Part shown: in pieces, positions 1 through 9,629 of the stretch
How the letters are laid out: each line of letters starts with the position of its first letter
Position numbering within the stretch: position 1 is the first letter of the stretch
Source of the DNA: a virus
Taxonomy: Duplodnaviria > Heunggongvirae > Uroviricota > Caudoviricetes
Reading direction: 5' to 3' (one strand)
Length of the DNA stretch: 64,000 nt
IMG/VR virus record: IMGVR_UViG_3300024303_000028
Span: 44,613 to 108,612 of that record
Notes under the pieces: generated by a model
What the model was told of the DNA's origin: nothing
Databases searched by the model: none
Seen by the model: only the letters and a program-made list of their open reading frames with translations
Translations under genes and position numbers: made by a program

Positions 1-2
1 GC

Positions 3-3000
3 GTGCGTAGTGCTGTTGAATTCTTCTACGCATTTACTCACCGGTATACCATGATGGATAATCGAGCGAAAAATACGTTCTGGCATTTTGCCAAGACCGG
101 CGTTTTCCGCGAAGTGACAAAGCCCGTTGTCGAGTTGCTGCATGTGTACTGCGAGAAGGTCGGAGAAGATTATGTTACGACAGCCGATACGGCAATCGAT
201 ACTTCCAAGACCTACTACACAGAGTACGCGTTTGATCTATGGGACTATGATAACGATACTGCTCTTGGTATCGACAACAATGGCTCTCTGAGCTTCCCCT
301 ATGGTCGAGAGGATCGCGATTACAACATCGAAGGCAACCCCGCCAGCGGTTATGTTTTCAACGGTGCGCAGAGCACTTTCTGGTGTCGTCTCCGCGATTT
401 GCTGCCCGGCGAAATCACCAGCACGTTCAATTCTGTTGAGGCGGAATGCTTTAGCGCAAGCAACCTGATTAACGAGTTTGACGCATTCCAGGAATGCTAC
501 CCCGAGGAGCTGTGGAGGCTGGATGTAACTCGTAAGTACATTCGTACTTTTACCGGTCTGTCTGTTGATAACTCCAAGCCCAAGCACGATACTTCATACC
601 TTGGATCTATGATGCAGGGACGCAAGAAGTATCAGCGCCGGCAGTGGGAGCGCGATCAGGAAATGTATTTTGGTACGATGAACCTGATGAATAATGTGGT
701 CGGCGATAGCAACCGTATCACATTCCGCTGCTTCACTCCGAGTGGCGATGATATTGCGGTCAGGCCGGACTACACACTGCGAATGGTTCCGTTCTCCGAT
801 ATGTACCTGTCTGTCATGTTCGGTAACGGCAACACCCGTCAGGTGCGTGCGAAGGCAGGACAGGAATATACTATCGAATGTCCGCTGTCCTTCATGGACG
901 ATACGCAGGTGACAATTTACGGTGCGAACCGTATTCAGGCTCTGAACGACTTGTCTGCATGCTATATCGCAGCGAACAACTTCTCAATGGCTACCAAGCT
1001 TCGCAAGCTTGTTGTCGGTAATACAACCGAGGGTTACAGCAATCCGAAGCTGACGTCTCTGACGCTTGGTTCAAACAAGTTGCTTCAGGAGCTGGATATC
1101 CGTAATTGCGAGAACCTAACCGGCGCTCTGAATTTGTCTCAGTGTAGTAACCTTGTGAAGCTGCTTGCAGAAGGAACGAGCCTAACCGGCGTCACCTTCG
1201 CGACAAACGGTAAGGTGGAGACTGCCCACCTGCCGGATACTGTCAATACGCTGATCATGCGCAACCTGAATAATCTGACCGACTTCCAGATGGACCTCGA
1301 TTCTCTGGAGACGCTTACTTTGCAGGGCGGCGCTATCGACGGACTTGACCTAATCAATCAGAGTATTGACACACTTCGCGTGCTGAACTTGTATGATATT
1401 GACTGGACGCTGCCTGATACTACGTTGCTGAATGAAATGCTGGATTTATTCTACAGCATGGTGACTGGTAAGGTGTACGTGTCTGGCGCAATTCGTCAAC
1501 AGGAGCTACTGCAGTATGAAGAAGCGTGGGACGATTTGACTGTCAGCTATAACGCAGACAACATCGTCACCCAATACTTAGCGACATACGTGAATGCAGA
1601 TGGCGAAGTGCTGCGCGAGATCTATGTAGACCGTGGCGCTCTGCCTCCAGATCCCGTGGAATTAGGTCTAATCGCAACGCCGACAATGGAAAGCACCGCC
1701 CAATACAATTTCACCTTCAGCGGGTGGGACGGACTTGACACTGAGATGCTTGCTCCGCGTACGATCACAGCTACTTACGCTACTACTGTGCGTACATATA
1801 CTGTGACTTGGTACGCCCGTGCAGGTCTACCGCTAACTTCTGTATCCGCGGAATATGGCGCTGATGTGACTTACCCAGGTGAGACACCAACCAATACCAG
1901 CGAGGAAAGTACCTATGTGTACAATCTGTTCGCTGGATGGAATAAGTCTACCGGCTTCATTACCGGAGATACGGATGTGTATGCGATCTGGGATCGTGCC
2001 GAGCTACCTGCTGTCGGTAAAGATATGAAGGATATGACCCCGGGCGAACTATTCGCCGTCACCAGCTCCGGTAAGACTGCGAATTATTTCGTCAAGAAGG
2101 ACTATATCGACATCGACATCGGTCATGATTTTGCATTTGAGAATGTTGAGTCGCAACTACTCGCCGAGAATCATGTGCTTGATGGAACCATGTCTACCGT
2201 CATCGATACTGGTATCAAGCTGTTCGGAGAAGATGCGCGTTCCTTCACGCTGGCGATCTCCTACAAGTATAATGATACTACGGCGGATGGCACGATTGCA
2301 TCCTGTTTCGAGTACGACGGCTCTGAGGGATTCCGGTTGCGCTACAATAGCAATCCCGGCGTTCAGTGGGGCGATAAGAACGTTGCTGTCGGCTATCAGA
2401 AGCAGATGGAAATGCTTGTTGTTCGCTGGAACAAGGATGACCCGCTGCGCTTGCACGTGTATGCATACAACGAGCCGAGCGCACAGTTCTCTAACGCCTA
2501 TGTAAATGCACAGCTGATTCGCTCCAGGGCGACGAGCAGTGAGGCAACCTTGATCCTTGGTGGCTTCCGCTTCCTGGGTGACGGCGTGCTGGACGGATTC
2601 GCAAAGGGAAAGATCCACTGGTGTAAGATCTGGTTCGACGATCTCGGCCATACCAACTCCCAGCAACTGGCTTCCTGGCCACATGAAACATGGCGTGCAG
2701 AGTATGGCGGAACGGGTTGTTACTACCTTGCGCCCGATGGTACAAGCCAGAAGACCAACGCCACCTTCATTCTGAATAACCTTGTTGCAGATCGTACGAA
2801 GCGTATGAATCCGACGAGCACCAACGCCGGCGGTTGGGACAAGTGTGAGATGCGAACCTTCTTGAATGAAAAGCTGATCGACGCATTCCCCACTTCATGG
2901 CGTACAATGCTGAAGCAAGTCAAGGTAAATGCTACAGCGGGTGAGCAATCACACGATATTGTTGTATCAAAGGACTTTGTCCATCTGGCTGCTCGCCAGG

Positions 3001-3377
3001 AGATTGAGGCAAACCCGGGCGCTCCGTATTCCAGTGAGGGTTCGTATATCTTCAACTGGTATACAAATGATCCGTCTCGAATCAAGTTCCAAGGGCTGAT
3101 CGTCAAAGAGAATCCGCAATACTTCTTGTCAGATACTGACCCACGCGACATCACAACAAACAATGTGCAGGAGGGAGACATCTGGTGTAAGTCTACGGAA
3201 AGCAACCGAGGTTACATGCTGGTCAATGGTGAATGGATTGCCGCTATCGGCTGGTGGGAGCGTTCGCCTCTTGCGGCCAATTCCACGAACTTCTGTGGTG
3301 TGAACTATGTCGGTTGGTCCGGCAGCTACAGCCTTGCCGCGAACACCATTGGCGTTTGCCCCTGCTTCCATATCTAA
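3..3377 (+). CDS. Phage tail fibre / receptor-binding protein and DGR target gene; the 5' end probably continues upstream of the window; C-terminal variable region
   Basis: 1124-aa ORF with alternative GTG start at the window edge. Leucine-rich-repeat-like N-terminal segments (LTSLTLGSNKLLQELDIRNCENLTGALNLSQCSNLVKLL). The last ~43 codons (3241-3368) are a near-copy of the downstream template repeat. Confidence 0.8.
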   Translation: MRSAVEFFYAFTHRYTMMDNRAKNTFWHFAKTGVFREVTKPVVELLHVYCEKVGEDYVTTADTAIDTSKTYYTEYAFDLWDYDNDTALGIDNNGSLSFPYGREDRDYNIEGNPASGYVFNGAQSTFWCRLRDLLPGEITSTFNSVEAECFSASNLINEFDAFQECYPEELWRLDVTRKYIRTFTGLSVDNSKPKHDTSYLGSMMQGRKKYQRRQWERDQEMYFGTMNLMNNVVGDSNRITFRCFTPSGDDIAVRPDYTLRMVPFSDMYLSVMFGNGNTRQVRAKAGQEYTIECPLSFMDDTQVTIYGANRIQALNDLSACYIAANNFSMATKLRKLVVGNTTEGYSNPKLTSLTLGSNKLLQELDIRNCENLTGALNLSQCSNLVKLLAEGTSLTGVTFATNGKVETAHLPDTVNTLIMRNLNNLTDFQMDLDSLETLTLQGGAIDGLDLINQSIDTLRVLNLYDIDWTLPDTTLLNEMLDLFYSMVTGKVYVSGAIRQQELLQYEEAWDDLTVSYNADNIVTQYLATYVNADGEVLREIYVDRGALPPDPVELGLIATPTMESTAQYNFTFSGWDGLDTEMLAPRTITATYATTVRTYTVTWYARAGLPLTSVSAEYGADVTYPGETPTNTSEESTYVYNLFAGWNKSTGFITGDTDVYAIWDRAELPAVGKDMKDMTPGELFAVTSSGKTANYFVKKDYIDIDIGHDFAFENVESQLLAENHVLDGTMSTVIDTGIKLFGEDARSFTLAISYKYNDTTADGTIASCFEYDGSEGFRLRYNSNPGVQWGDKNVAVGYQKQMEMLVVRWNKDDPLRLHVYAYNEPSAQFSNAYVNAQLIRSRATSSEATLILGGFRFLGDGVLDGFAKGKIHWCKIWFDDLGHTNSQQLASWPHETWRAEYGGTGCYYLAPDGTSQKTNATFILNNLVADRTKRMNPTSTNAGGWDKCEMRTFLNEKLIDAFPTSWRTMLKQVKVNATAGEQSHDIVVSKDFVHLAARQEIEANPGAPYSSEGSYIFNWYTNDPSRIKFQGLIVKENPQYFLSDTDPRDITTNNVQEGDIWCKSTESNRGYMLVNGEWIAAIGWWERSPLAANSTNFCGVNYVGWSGSYSLAANTIGVCPCFHI
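3241..3368 (+). repeat. DGR variable region (VR) at the 3' end of the tail-fibre gene
   Basis: 128 nt aligned base-for-base to TR 4303-4430. The 18 mismatches all fall at positions where TR carries A (A->G/T/C). Both copies end in the shared GC-rich segment GGCGTTTGCCCCTG. Confidence 0.9.
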
Positions 3378-3472
3378 TATCTTTTCCGGGAGGGCGTGGA
3401 CGGCCCATGCTCTCCCTTATCTTCGTGCTGGCGGCTTGCCGTCCAGCACATCATGAAAACGAGGAATACAAT

Positions 3473-4276
3473 ATGTCGGTACATCGATCTAAACGGCGCA
3501 TATCGCGCTTTGAACTTGAACATTCGTTTTCGATCTTATATGCACATACGATCGAACAGCTATCGCACGTTAGTAAACGTCGGCGGAAGTGGCTCTGCCC
3601 TGCGATTGCTGAGCTTATGAATCACATGTACGACTTGCTGATGCGTGCATCAATCCGCATCAGCAGAAAAGGTATCGTAGACGAGACACGCTCAGAATTG
3701 ATTGTGTCCACCTTAAAGGACTTGTCGGCACTACAAAAACCATTATGGGTTTTGTGGAATGTCTGCGAATACCCTACCAAGAAAATGATCCGATGGATTA
3801 CTCTGATCAACGAGGCGAAGAGAATCATGCTGTATGAGTTAGCCAAGGACACTACGGATGTGAAGGATTTTACTATATATACCCTTGATTGGGATAAGGT
3901 GAAACGTGCAAAGTTTTTGCATATGATGAGCAAGCTACATCGCTACACTCATGGCAAAGTGGTGCATGCCCAGAGCAAGTACGATTCTACATCCGGCTCA
4001 ATGCTGATCGATCTTGTTGACGAGGCTTTCTATCAATTGATTCGTGCGAATGCCCGTATCCCTACGACTCGCGCAGAATACATTGAACGTCGTGACTGTA
4101 TCAACCAGGCTATCGTATGTTTGAGAGAGATGAACCGGCCTTTGCTGATGTATTTCAACACGCAACACTATAGCGAGAGCACTATGTGTGAGTGGTCTGA
4201 AATGCTGAGGCAAGAAATCAATATGCTGATTGCATTATCAAAATCTGATCAGAAACGTTTTGATTCCTTGAAATAA
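3473..4276 (+). CDS. avd: DGR accessory protein (Avd-like candidate, unusually long at 268 aa)
   Basis: Start chosen at the ATG 7 nt after RBS GAGGAA (3461-3466); the ORF-track start at 3233 would overlap the VR. Sits between target gene and TR as in canonical mtd-avd-TR-rt cassettes; helical-looking basic protein. Family assignment is by position only. Confidence 0.5.
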   Translation: MSVHRSKRRISRFELEHSFSILYAHTIEQLSHVSKRRRKWLCPAIAELMNHMYDLLMRASIRISRKGIVDETRSELIVSTLKDLSALQKPLWVLWNVCEYPTKKMIRWITLINEAKRIMLYELAKDTTDVKDFTIYTLDWDKVKRAKFLHMMSKLHRYTHGKVVHAQSKYDSTSGSMLIDLVDEAFYQLIRANARIPTTRAEYIERRDCINQAIVCLREMNRPLLMYFNTQHYSESTMCEWSEMLRQEINMLIALSKSDQKRFDSLK

Positions 4277-4302
4277 ACAACATACAGGTTATGTTCTGCC
4301 AT

Positions 4303-4430
4303 CCGCTATCAACTGGTGGGAGCGTTCGCCTAATGCGGCCAATTCCACGAACTTCTGTAATGTGAACAATAACGGTTGGTCCGACAACAACAACAATGCC
4401 ACGAACACCAATGGCGTTTGCCCCTGATTC
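4303..4430 (+). repeat. DGR template repeat (TR)
   Basis: Invariant copy of the VR; contains in-frame AAC AAC AAC AAC AAT codon run (Asn codons, typical of DGR templates); intergenic between avd-like gene and RT. Confidence 0.9.
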
Positions 4431-4725
4431 TCATATGAATAGTAACCACGTAATGAGGGTGAAGTTTATTTCTTGACGTAAGTCGACGACGACGCTATGA
4501 GAAGGAGAGCATGACCTTTCACAGATACTGTGACAAATATTACATGCCCATGATGCAATGGGCGTATGCTATGACAGCATTCCGTACGAATGGGTGGACG
4601 CTTCTTGCATGGACTGCTGGCTGATCAGCGCCACGGTTTTCATACCCAAACATTCCGGCTACACATGCTGATTGATTTCAAGCCGGACGGAGTAACATCA
4701 AAAACGAATCGGAGGATCACAAGGA

Positions 4726-6015
4726 TTGAATAATGCTGAACGTATCCAAGCGCGAATTCAGCGGGATAAGCAACGCAAGCTTGCCCGACGAATGGAGCGC
4801 AACAAGGAATACGACAATTTTGATCGCGTACTAACCATGCAGCATTACATGGAAGCGCTGAAGAAATGCAGACGCGGCGTTGACTGGAAGGGCAGTGTCC
4901 AGCAATACTCGCACAACTGCATCACCACAATCAAAGATACTATTGTTATGTTGCAGAAGGGAAAGCTGCCAAAGCTTGCCAACCCTAACGAAATCACCCT
5001 ATACGAACGTGGCAAACTGCGTGTTATCACGCCCATCATTATCGATGACAGAATGACACAGCGAGTATTGTGTGATTACTCCTTGGCACCAATGGTACAA
5101 GGGTCTTTGATTTACGATAATGGTGCGAGTATGCAGGGCAAAGGAGTCACGTTTGCCAGAGATCGTATGGATAAGCAACTCCGGAGTGCGATACGCAAAT
5201 GGGGCTCTGACTTCTATGTACTTGCTTTCGACTTCAAAAATTTCTTCGGCAGCATTCCTCATCAAGTGTGTCTGCAGGAGCTGGAACGGATATACACGGA
5301 TAAGCGCATCATTGATTTAGTGATGGGGATTATCAAATCATACCAGGTAATTCCTGCAAGCAAGATCAAAGATGAAAGGCTTCGACAGAAATACATGGAC
5401 GGGGTCGAAAAGAACCGGGCCGTTGGTATTTGTCTTGGAAGTCAGATCTCTCAGATTATGGCTTTGACTGTGCCGAATAAGCTCGATCACTATGTTAAGG
5501 ACGTTCGTTCTGTTAAGTATTACGCACGATATATGGACGACGGCGTGTTATTCTCTGACAGCAAAGAGTATCTGATGGATATCTACCGAGGTATGCAGGT
5601 AATTGCCAAGCAACTTGGGTTGCATTTCAATCAGAAGAAAACACGGATCGTCAAAATCACGAAGGGATTTACGTTCCTTAAAATCAAATATCGTGTGGTA
5701 TGCGGTAAGGTTATCAAGACACTGACGCGCAGCGGAACGGTTAGGATGCGACGCAAGTTGAAAAAGTTTAGGGGACTTGTTGATCGCGGGCGGATTATGA
5801 TGGATGACGTATTTGCATCCATGCAATCCTGGCTATCTCACACCAAGTATGCCAGGTCATATCGTACTAAGAAGAACATGGTCAATCTATATAACAACCT
5901 GTTTGACGGATACAGGTTGACAAAGAAATTTTCTCACACGAAAGGAGGAAGACAATATGCTGTACTACAAGCTGATCGACGGAACCAATATCGTTGGTGT
6001 TGGGACTTCGCTTGA
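4726..6015 (+). CDS. DGR reverse transcriptase
   Basis: TTG start 9 nt after RBS GGAGGA. RT catalytic motif ARYMDDGVLFSD (YxDD). DGR-type motif VGICLGSQISQ ([ILV]GxxxSQ instead of group-II QGxxxSP). Motif GLHFNQKKTRIV. Confidence 0.9.
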   Translation: MNNAERIQARIQRDKQRKLARRMERNKEYDNFDRVLTMQHYMEALKKCRRGVDWKGSVQQYSHNCITTIKDTIVMLQKGKLPKLANPNEITLYERGKLRVITPIIIDDRMTQRVLCDYSLAPMVQGSLIYDNGASMQGKGVTFARDRMDKQLRSAIRKWGSDFYVLAFDFKNFFGSIPHQVCLQELERIYTDKRIIDLVMGIIKSYQVIPASKIKDERLRQKYMDGVEKNRAVGICLGSQISQIMALTVPNKLDHYVKDVRSVKYYARYMDDGVLFSDSKEYLMDIYRGMQVIAKQLGLHFNQKKTRIVKITKGFTFLKIKYRVVCGKVIKTLTRSGTVRMRRKLKKFRGLVDRGRIMMDDVFASMQSWLSHTKYARSYRTKKNMVNLYNNLFDGYRLTKKFSHTKGGRQYAVLQADRRNQYRWCWDFA

Positions 6016-6703
6016 TATGCTGTGCTTCCAGCGCAAGCATCGTATTCTGTTAGGTTGTGATGTATCCGCGGCTCAGTATATTTCCTACAACGGGAAACTA
6101 TATCGTGCGATTTGGATGGCTCCTGAAACAGACCACCAGGAATGCACTCTGTTGGATGTAATCGAAATCGACTATACCGAGTATGATGCACTTCGGAAGG
6201 CATTAGAGGTCGATCAGGAAATCACAGTCGAGACGCCGAGCGATACGCAACCCGAAGCCGGCCTTCCTTCAGACGCAACGGTGGAATATGTGCGTGATAT
6301 GAAGATTGCGGAAATGAGTATCGCGTGTAATTCAGCCATTGAAAGCGGGTTCGACACCATATTGAGTGATGGTAACGTATATCATTTCTCATTAACTACA
6401 CAGGATCAGATTAACCTTCTGTCTCTATCTACTCTGATTGCTAACGGCATGACATCCATTCCATACCATGCAGATGGTGCGCTTTGCACTTATTACAGCG
6501 TTCAAGATATGATGCAGATTATCACGACTGCCACGCAGTATAAGACATATCATACATCGTACTTTAACAGCCTGCGAAATTGGATCAATGCCATGACTGA
6601 AATCTCTGAGATTTATGGTGTCAGTTACGGCGTTACTGTTCCGGAGGAATATTGTTCTGTCGTGTTGTCAGAGCTAAACAAGGTCTCACGGGTATCGGAG
6701 TGA
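5957..6703 (+). CDS. hypothetical protein
   Basis: 248-aa ORF with strong RBS AAAGGAGGAAG 6 nt upstream of ATG; overlaps the RT 3' end by 59 nt. Confidence 0.6.
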   Translation: MLYYKLIDGTNIVGVGTSLDMLCFQRKHRILLGCDVSAAQYISYNGKLYRAIWMAPETDHQECTLLDVIEIDYTEYDALRKALEVDQEITVETPSDTQPEAGLPSDATVEYVRDMKIAEMSIACNSAIESGFDTILSDGNVYHFSLTTQDQINLLSLSTLIANGMTSIPYHADGALCTYYSVQDMMQIITTATQYKTYHTSYFNSLRNWINAMTEISEIYGVSYGVTVPEEYCSVVLSELNKVSRVSE

Positions 6704-6709
6704 TGCCAT

Positions 6710-7141
6710 ATGAGGAACATATGTAAACACATGCTGCTGTTCGCTATGGGCGGCAGCATTTATTTATGCATTGAAATCATTTGGCGATGGCTGACGCAAA
6801 GCGCCCCTACACATTGGGCAATGTTTATCGTGGGTGGTGTTGTATTCCTACTTCTGGGATGGATCAACGAAGGACTCCCATGGACGATGCCGTTTGTATG
6901 GCAGTGTTTGCTTGGGACAATTACAGTTCTCTTTGTTGAATTTGTCAGCGGATGCATTTTGAATATTTGGCTTGGTCTTGCGATCTGGGATTATTCCGCG
7001 ATGCCGCTGAACATCCTCGGGCAAATCTGCCCACAGTTTGCACTCGCCTGGTTTGTGCTATCCGGTGTAGGGATCGTCGTAGACGATTGGCTAAGATACC
7101 ATCTGTTTCGTGAAGAACGCCCACATTATACGCTGCTTTGA
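6710..7141 (+). CDS. integral membrane protein (4 predicted TM helices)
   Basis: 143 aa, hydrophobic segments LLFAMGGSIYLCIEIIW, AMFIVGGVVFLLLGWI, LLGTITVLFVEFVSGCIL, FALAWFVLSGVGIVV. Confidence 0.55.
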   Translation: MRNICKHMLLFAMGGSIYLCIEIIWRWLTQSAPTHWAMFIVGGVVFLLLGWINEGLPWTMPFVWQCLLGTITVLFVEFVSGCILNIWLGLAIWDYSAMPLNILGQICPQFALAWFVLSGVGIVVDDWLRYHLFREERPHYTLL

Positions 7142-7165
7142 GCAGAAAGGAACGGAGGCGTAGAT

Positions 7166-7570
7166 ATGAAACGAATGATTATTATTGCAGCGGTCATTAT
7201 TTTCGTTGTCATGATCGCTGTCATCCACGTCTGTCCCGGCGGTCTGTACACTTGTGGTATGCTCCGTATTCCAGAGGCAGGACTTGATGTAGAGCTAACA
7301 ACTTCTATACATGGCTCTGATTGCGGGTGCTGCGGCGTATTGTACCAGGGAGGCGTGACTTATACTGACGACGACATGGAAGGTATACAGCTATATACCA
7401 TGGTATATCTGGCTATCATTGATTATAGTGTGACAGTTTTAGAATATGTGGGAAGCGAACCATGTCTTCGTTTTGGCAACCTGCTAATTGGGAACCATGG
7501 AATCATCAAAACAGACGGCGATTTGCTTGTTGTCAATGGTTGCGTTGTGTACCGTTTTGTACGGTTGTAA
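7166..7570 (+). CDS. hypothetical protein with N-terminal signal/anchor
   Basis: MKRMIIIAAVIIFVVMIAVIHV hydrophobic N-terminus; Cys-rich middle (GSDCGCCGV). Confidence 0.45.
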   Translation: MKRMIIIAAVIIFVVMIAVIHVCPGGLYTCGMLRIPEAGLDVELTTSIHGSDCGCCGVLYQGGVTYTDDDMEGIQLYTMVYLAIIDYSVTVLEYVGSEPCLRFGNLLIGNHGIIKTDGDLLVVNGCVVYRFVRL

Positions 7571-7648
7571 GCGTGAAAATTGATAATAAAAACTAAGTTT
7601 TATGTAGGTGGTTTTTTACATCAAGATAGAGAGGAAGATACATATCAC

Positions 7649-8098
7649 ATGGAATGGATACAACGAATTGGTTCAGTTCTCGGATATATCGCCACCGCTA
7701 TTGGTCTTTTCACAGTGATCAAGAGCGGTATCCTTAAGAAGGCGAAGCAGTACGTCGAGGAAACTGCGTGTACTGAAGAAAGTGATAAGATCCATCATGA
7801 TCTGGAGGAGCGTATGAACTCTATTGAGGATAAGTTCAGCGAGTTCTTAGATCGTGATACGGAGTTTAAGGAAAATTGGGAAGAACATATTAAGACCCAG
7901 CAACTTGTAGATCGCAAGGTGATGGCAGACATTATTGAACGTTTATATTACCAGAATCGTGATCACAAAACATTGGACGATAATGAGTTCCGCAGGTTGA
8001 CTGAGGTATATGAGATCTATCATAATTCTCCTGTTAACGGCAACTCCTATATCTCTGAGTTGTACCACACAATGCTGACATGGGAGCGTGTCCACTAA
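7649..8098 (+). CDS. hypothetical membrane-anchored protein (lysis-cassette neighbour)
   Basis: Start moved to the ATG after RBS GAGGAAG; N-terminal TM (IGSVLGYIATAIGLFTVI) then charged coiled region. Confidence 0.45.
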   Translation: MEWIQRIGSVLGYIATAIGLFTVIKSGILKKAKQYVEETACTEESDKIHHDLEERMNSIEDKFSEFLDRDTEFKENWEEHIKTQQLVDRKVMADIIERLYYQNRDHKTLDDNEFRRLTEVYEIYHNSPVNGNSYISELYHTMLTWERVH

Positions 8099-8110
8099 GG
8101 CGGTGATCGT

Positions 8111-8371
8111 TTGAAGAAGAAACGAGAATTCTCAAAGGTTCTTTGGGTCGTAGCGATGATTCACGCTACGGCCCTTACGATTTACACAATGATAGCTATC
8201 CTGATTACCGGAGATATCTCTCCTCTTGATACTTTAATTCCATCTGTGTTTGCTGAACTTGCGGCAGCCACAGGTTTCTATTACAGCAAGGCTAAGGCGG
8301 AGAACCTGATTAAACTGCGTAAGCAACACGGATCAGAAGTCTTCGGTGAATCTGGGGCCGCTGACACATAA
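8111..8371 (+). CDS. holin
   Basis: 86 aa, two TM segments (VLWVVAMIHATALTIYTMIAILI; LIPSVFAELAAATGFYY), charged C-terminus, immediately upstream of the endolysin. Confidence 0.65.
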   Translation: MKKKREFSKVLWVVAMIHATALTIYTMIAILITGDISPLDTLIPSVFAELAAATGFYYSKAKAENLIKLRKQHGSEVFGESGAADT

Positions 8372-8384
8372 GGAGGTACTGTCA

Positions 8385-9419
8385 GTGAATGAATTGATTC
8401 AAAAGGTGCTGGACATTGCGTTAGGCGAAGTAGGTTATCTTGAAAAAGAAACCTACGACCAGCTCGATCATGCAACTGCTAACGCCGGCGATGAGAACTT
8501 CACTAAATACCAAAGAGACCTCGCAAAGCTTAGCTATTTTAACGGGTCAAAAAAGGGAGTTGCATGGTGTGCTGTATTCGTGTGCTGGTGTTTCGTCCAA
8601 GTGATGGGCGAAGCGCTAGCAAAATCATTGCTTTGTCAACCCGATAAGGGAAATTGTGGTGCTGGGTGTAACTCACAGATGAATTACTACAAAAGCAAGA
8701 AGTGCTGGCATACCAGCAATCCGCAACCTGGTGATCAGATTATTTTCTGGAATAGTGCAAAGAAGGAGGGCTCTCACACCGGCATCGTATACAAAGTTGA
8801 TAAGACCTATGTTTACACGGTGGAGGGGAACACTTCCGGAGCAAGCGGCGTGATTGCCAACGGCGGCGGCGTGTGCAGCAAAAAGTATAAGCTGACCAAT
8901 ACCCGCATCGCCGGCTACGGTAGGCCGCGGTGGGAACTGGCTGTTGAGGTTGAATCAGATGTTACGCCCGTTCAGCCCGAAACCGAAAAGCCAGAGTCGG
9001 TAGAGATTCCTAACATGGTAACCGGCAATGCATGGGTACATGTGACCAGCGGATCTACAGTTAACTACCGTACCGGTCCGAGCACATCATATAAGCTTGT
9101 GTCTGCTATGCCACGCATTAAGCAGGGTGAGCAGGTCTACATCAAGACTAGCGACAGCACATGGGCTGCGGTTGAGTACAAGGGGCATCGCGGGTACGTT
9201 ATGATGAAGTATCTGACGCAAGAGCATCAAGATAATGACGCGACTATCTCTCCTGTAGAGCCGCAACCGATTACCTACACTACGGTTCAGGGAGATACTC
9301 TGTGGAAGATCTCTAGCAAGTTCCTTGGGAAGGGTAATCAGTATAAGAAGATCATGCAGGCGAACGGTATGAAGAATACTATCATTCGCCCTGGTATGGT
9401 CTTGAAGATTCCGGCATAA
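8385..9419 (+). CDS. endolysin: CHAP amidase/peptidase + bacterial SH3 + LysM
   Basis: GTG start 8 nt after AGGAGG. CHAP Cys/His pair (GVAWCAVFVCW ... GSHTGIVYKV ... VEGNTSG). SH3-like segment (GNAWVHVTSGSTVNYRTGPSTSYKLV). C-terminal LysM (YTTVQGDTLWKISSKFLG...MVLKIP). Confidence 0.85.
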   Translation: MNELIQKVLDIALGEVGYLEKETYDQLDHATANAGDENFTKYQRDLAKLSYFNGSKKGVAWCAVFVCWCFVQVMGEALAKSLLCQPDKGNCGAGCNSQMNYYKSKKCWHTSNPQPGDQIIFWNSAKKEGSHTGIVYKVDKTYVYTVEGNTSGASGVIANGGGVCSKKYKLTNTRIAGYGRPRWELAVEVESDVTPVQPETEKPESVEIPNMVTGNAWVHVTSGSTVNYRTGPSTSYKLVSAMPRIKQGEQVYIKTSDSTWAAVEYKGHRGYVMMKYLTQEHQDNDATISPVEPQPITYTTVQGDTLWKISSKFLGKGNQYKKIMQANGMKNTIIRPGMVLKIPA

Positions 9420-9441
9420 TCCGGTTAGTGGGTAAACAAAA

Positions 9442-9471
9442 AGGCTGGCTACGCACTACGCGCTGCCAGCC
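9442..9471 (+). terminator. stem-loop after the endolysin gene (weak terminator candidate)
   Basis: GGCTGGCtacgcactacgcgctGCCAGCC hairpin right after the endolysin stop; no strong T-tract. Confidence 0.35.
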
Positions 9472-9482
9472 CATAATTACCA

Positions 9483-9511
9483 TTGACACCAACCCAATGG
9501 TATGTTAAGAT
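9483..9511 (+). promoter_or_regulatory. sigma70-like promoter candidate for the integrase
   Basis: TTGACA (9483-9488), 17-nt spacer, TAAGAT (9506-9511); 120 nt upstream of the int start. Confidence 0.45.
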
Positions 9512-9629
9512 TTACTTAGGTTCATACCGCCGTTAATCGGCGTAAAGTCGAGGTATCACCCGACGCAAAGCAGATGGCAATCACGCCGTCTTGTTAGCGT
9601 TGGGTGATTTTTTTTACGGAGGTACTATC

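Noticed and set aside
3233-3472. ORF-track start of the avd-like gene at 3233, giving a 347-aa product overlapping the tail-fibre VR
   Set aside because: It would overlap the target gene's last 48 codons in another frame and has no RBS. An ATG with a GAGGAA RBS at 3473 lies just after the target stop.
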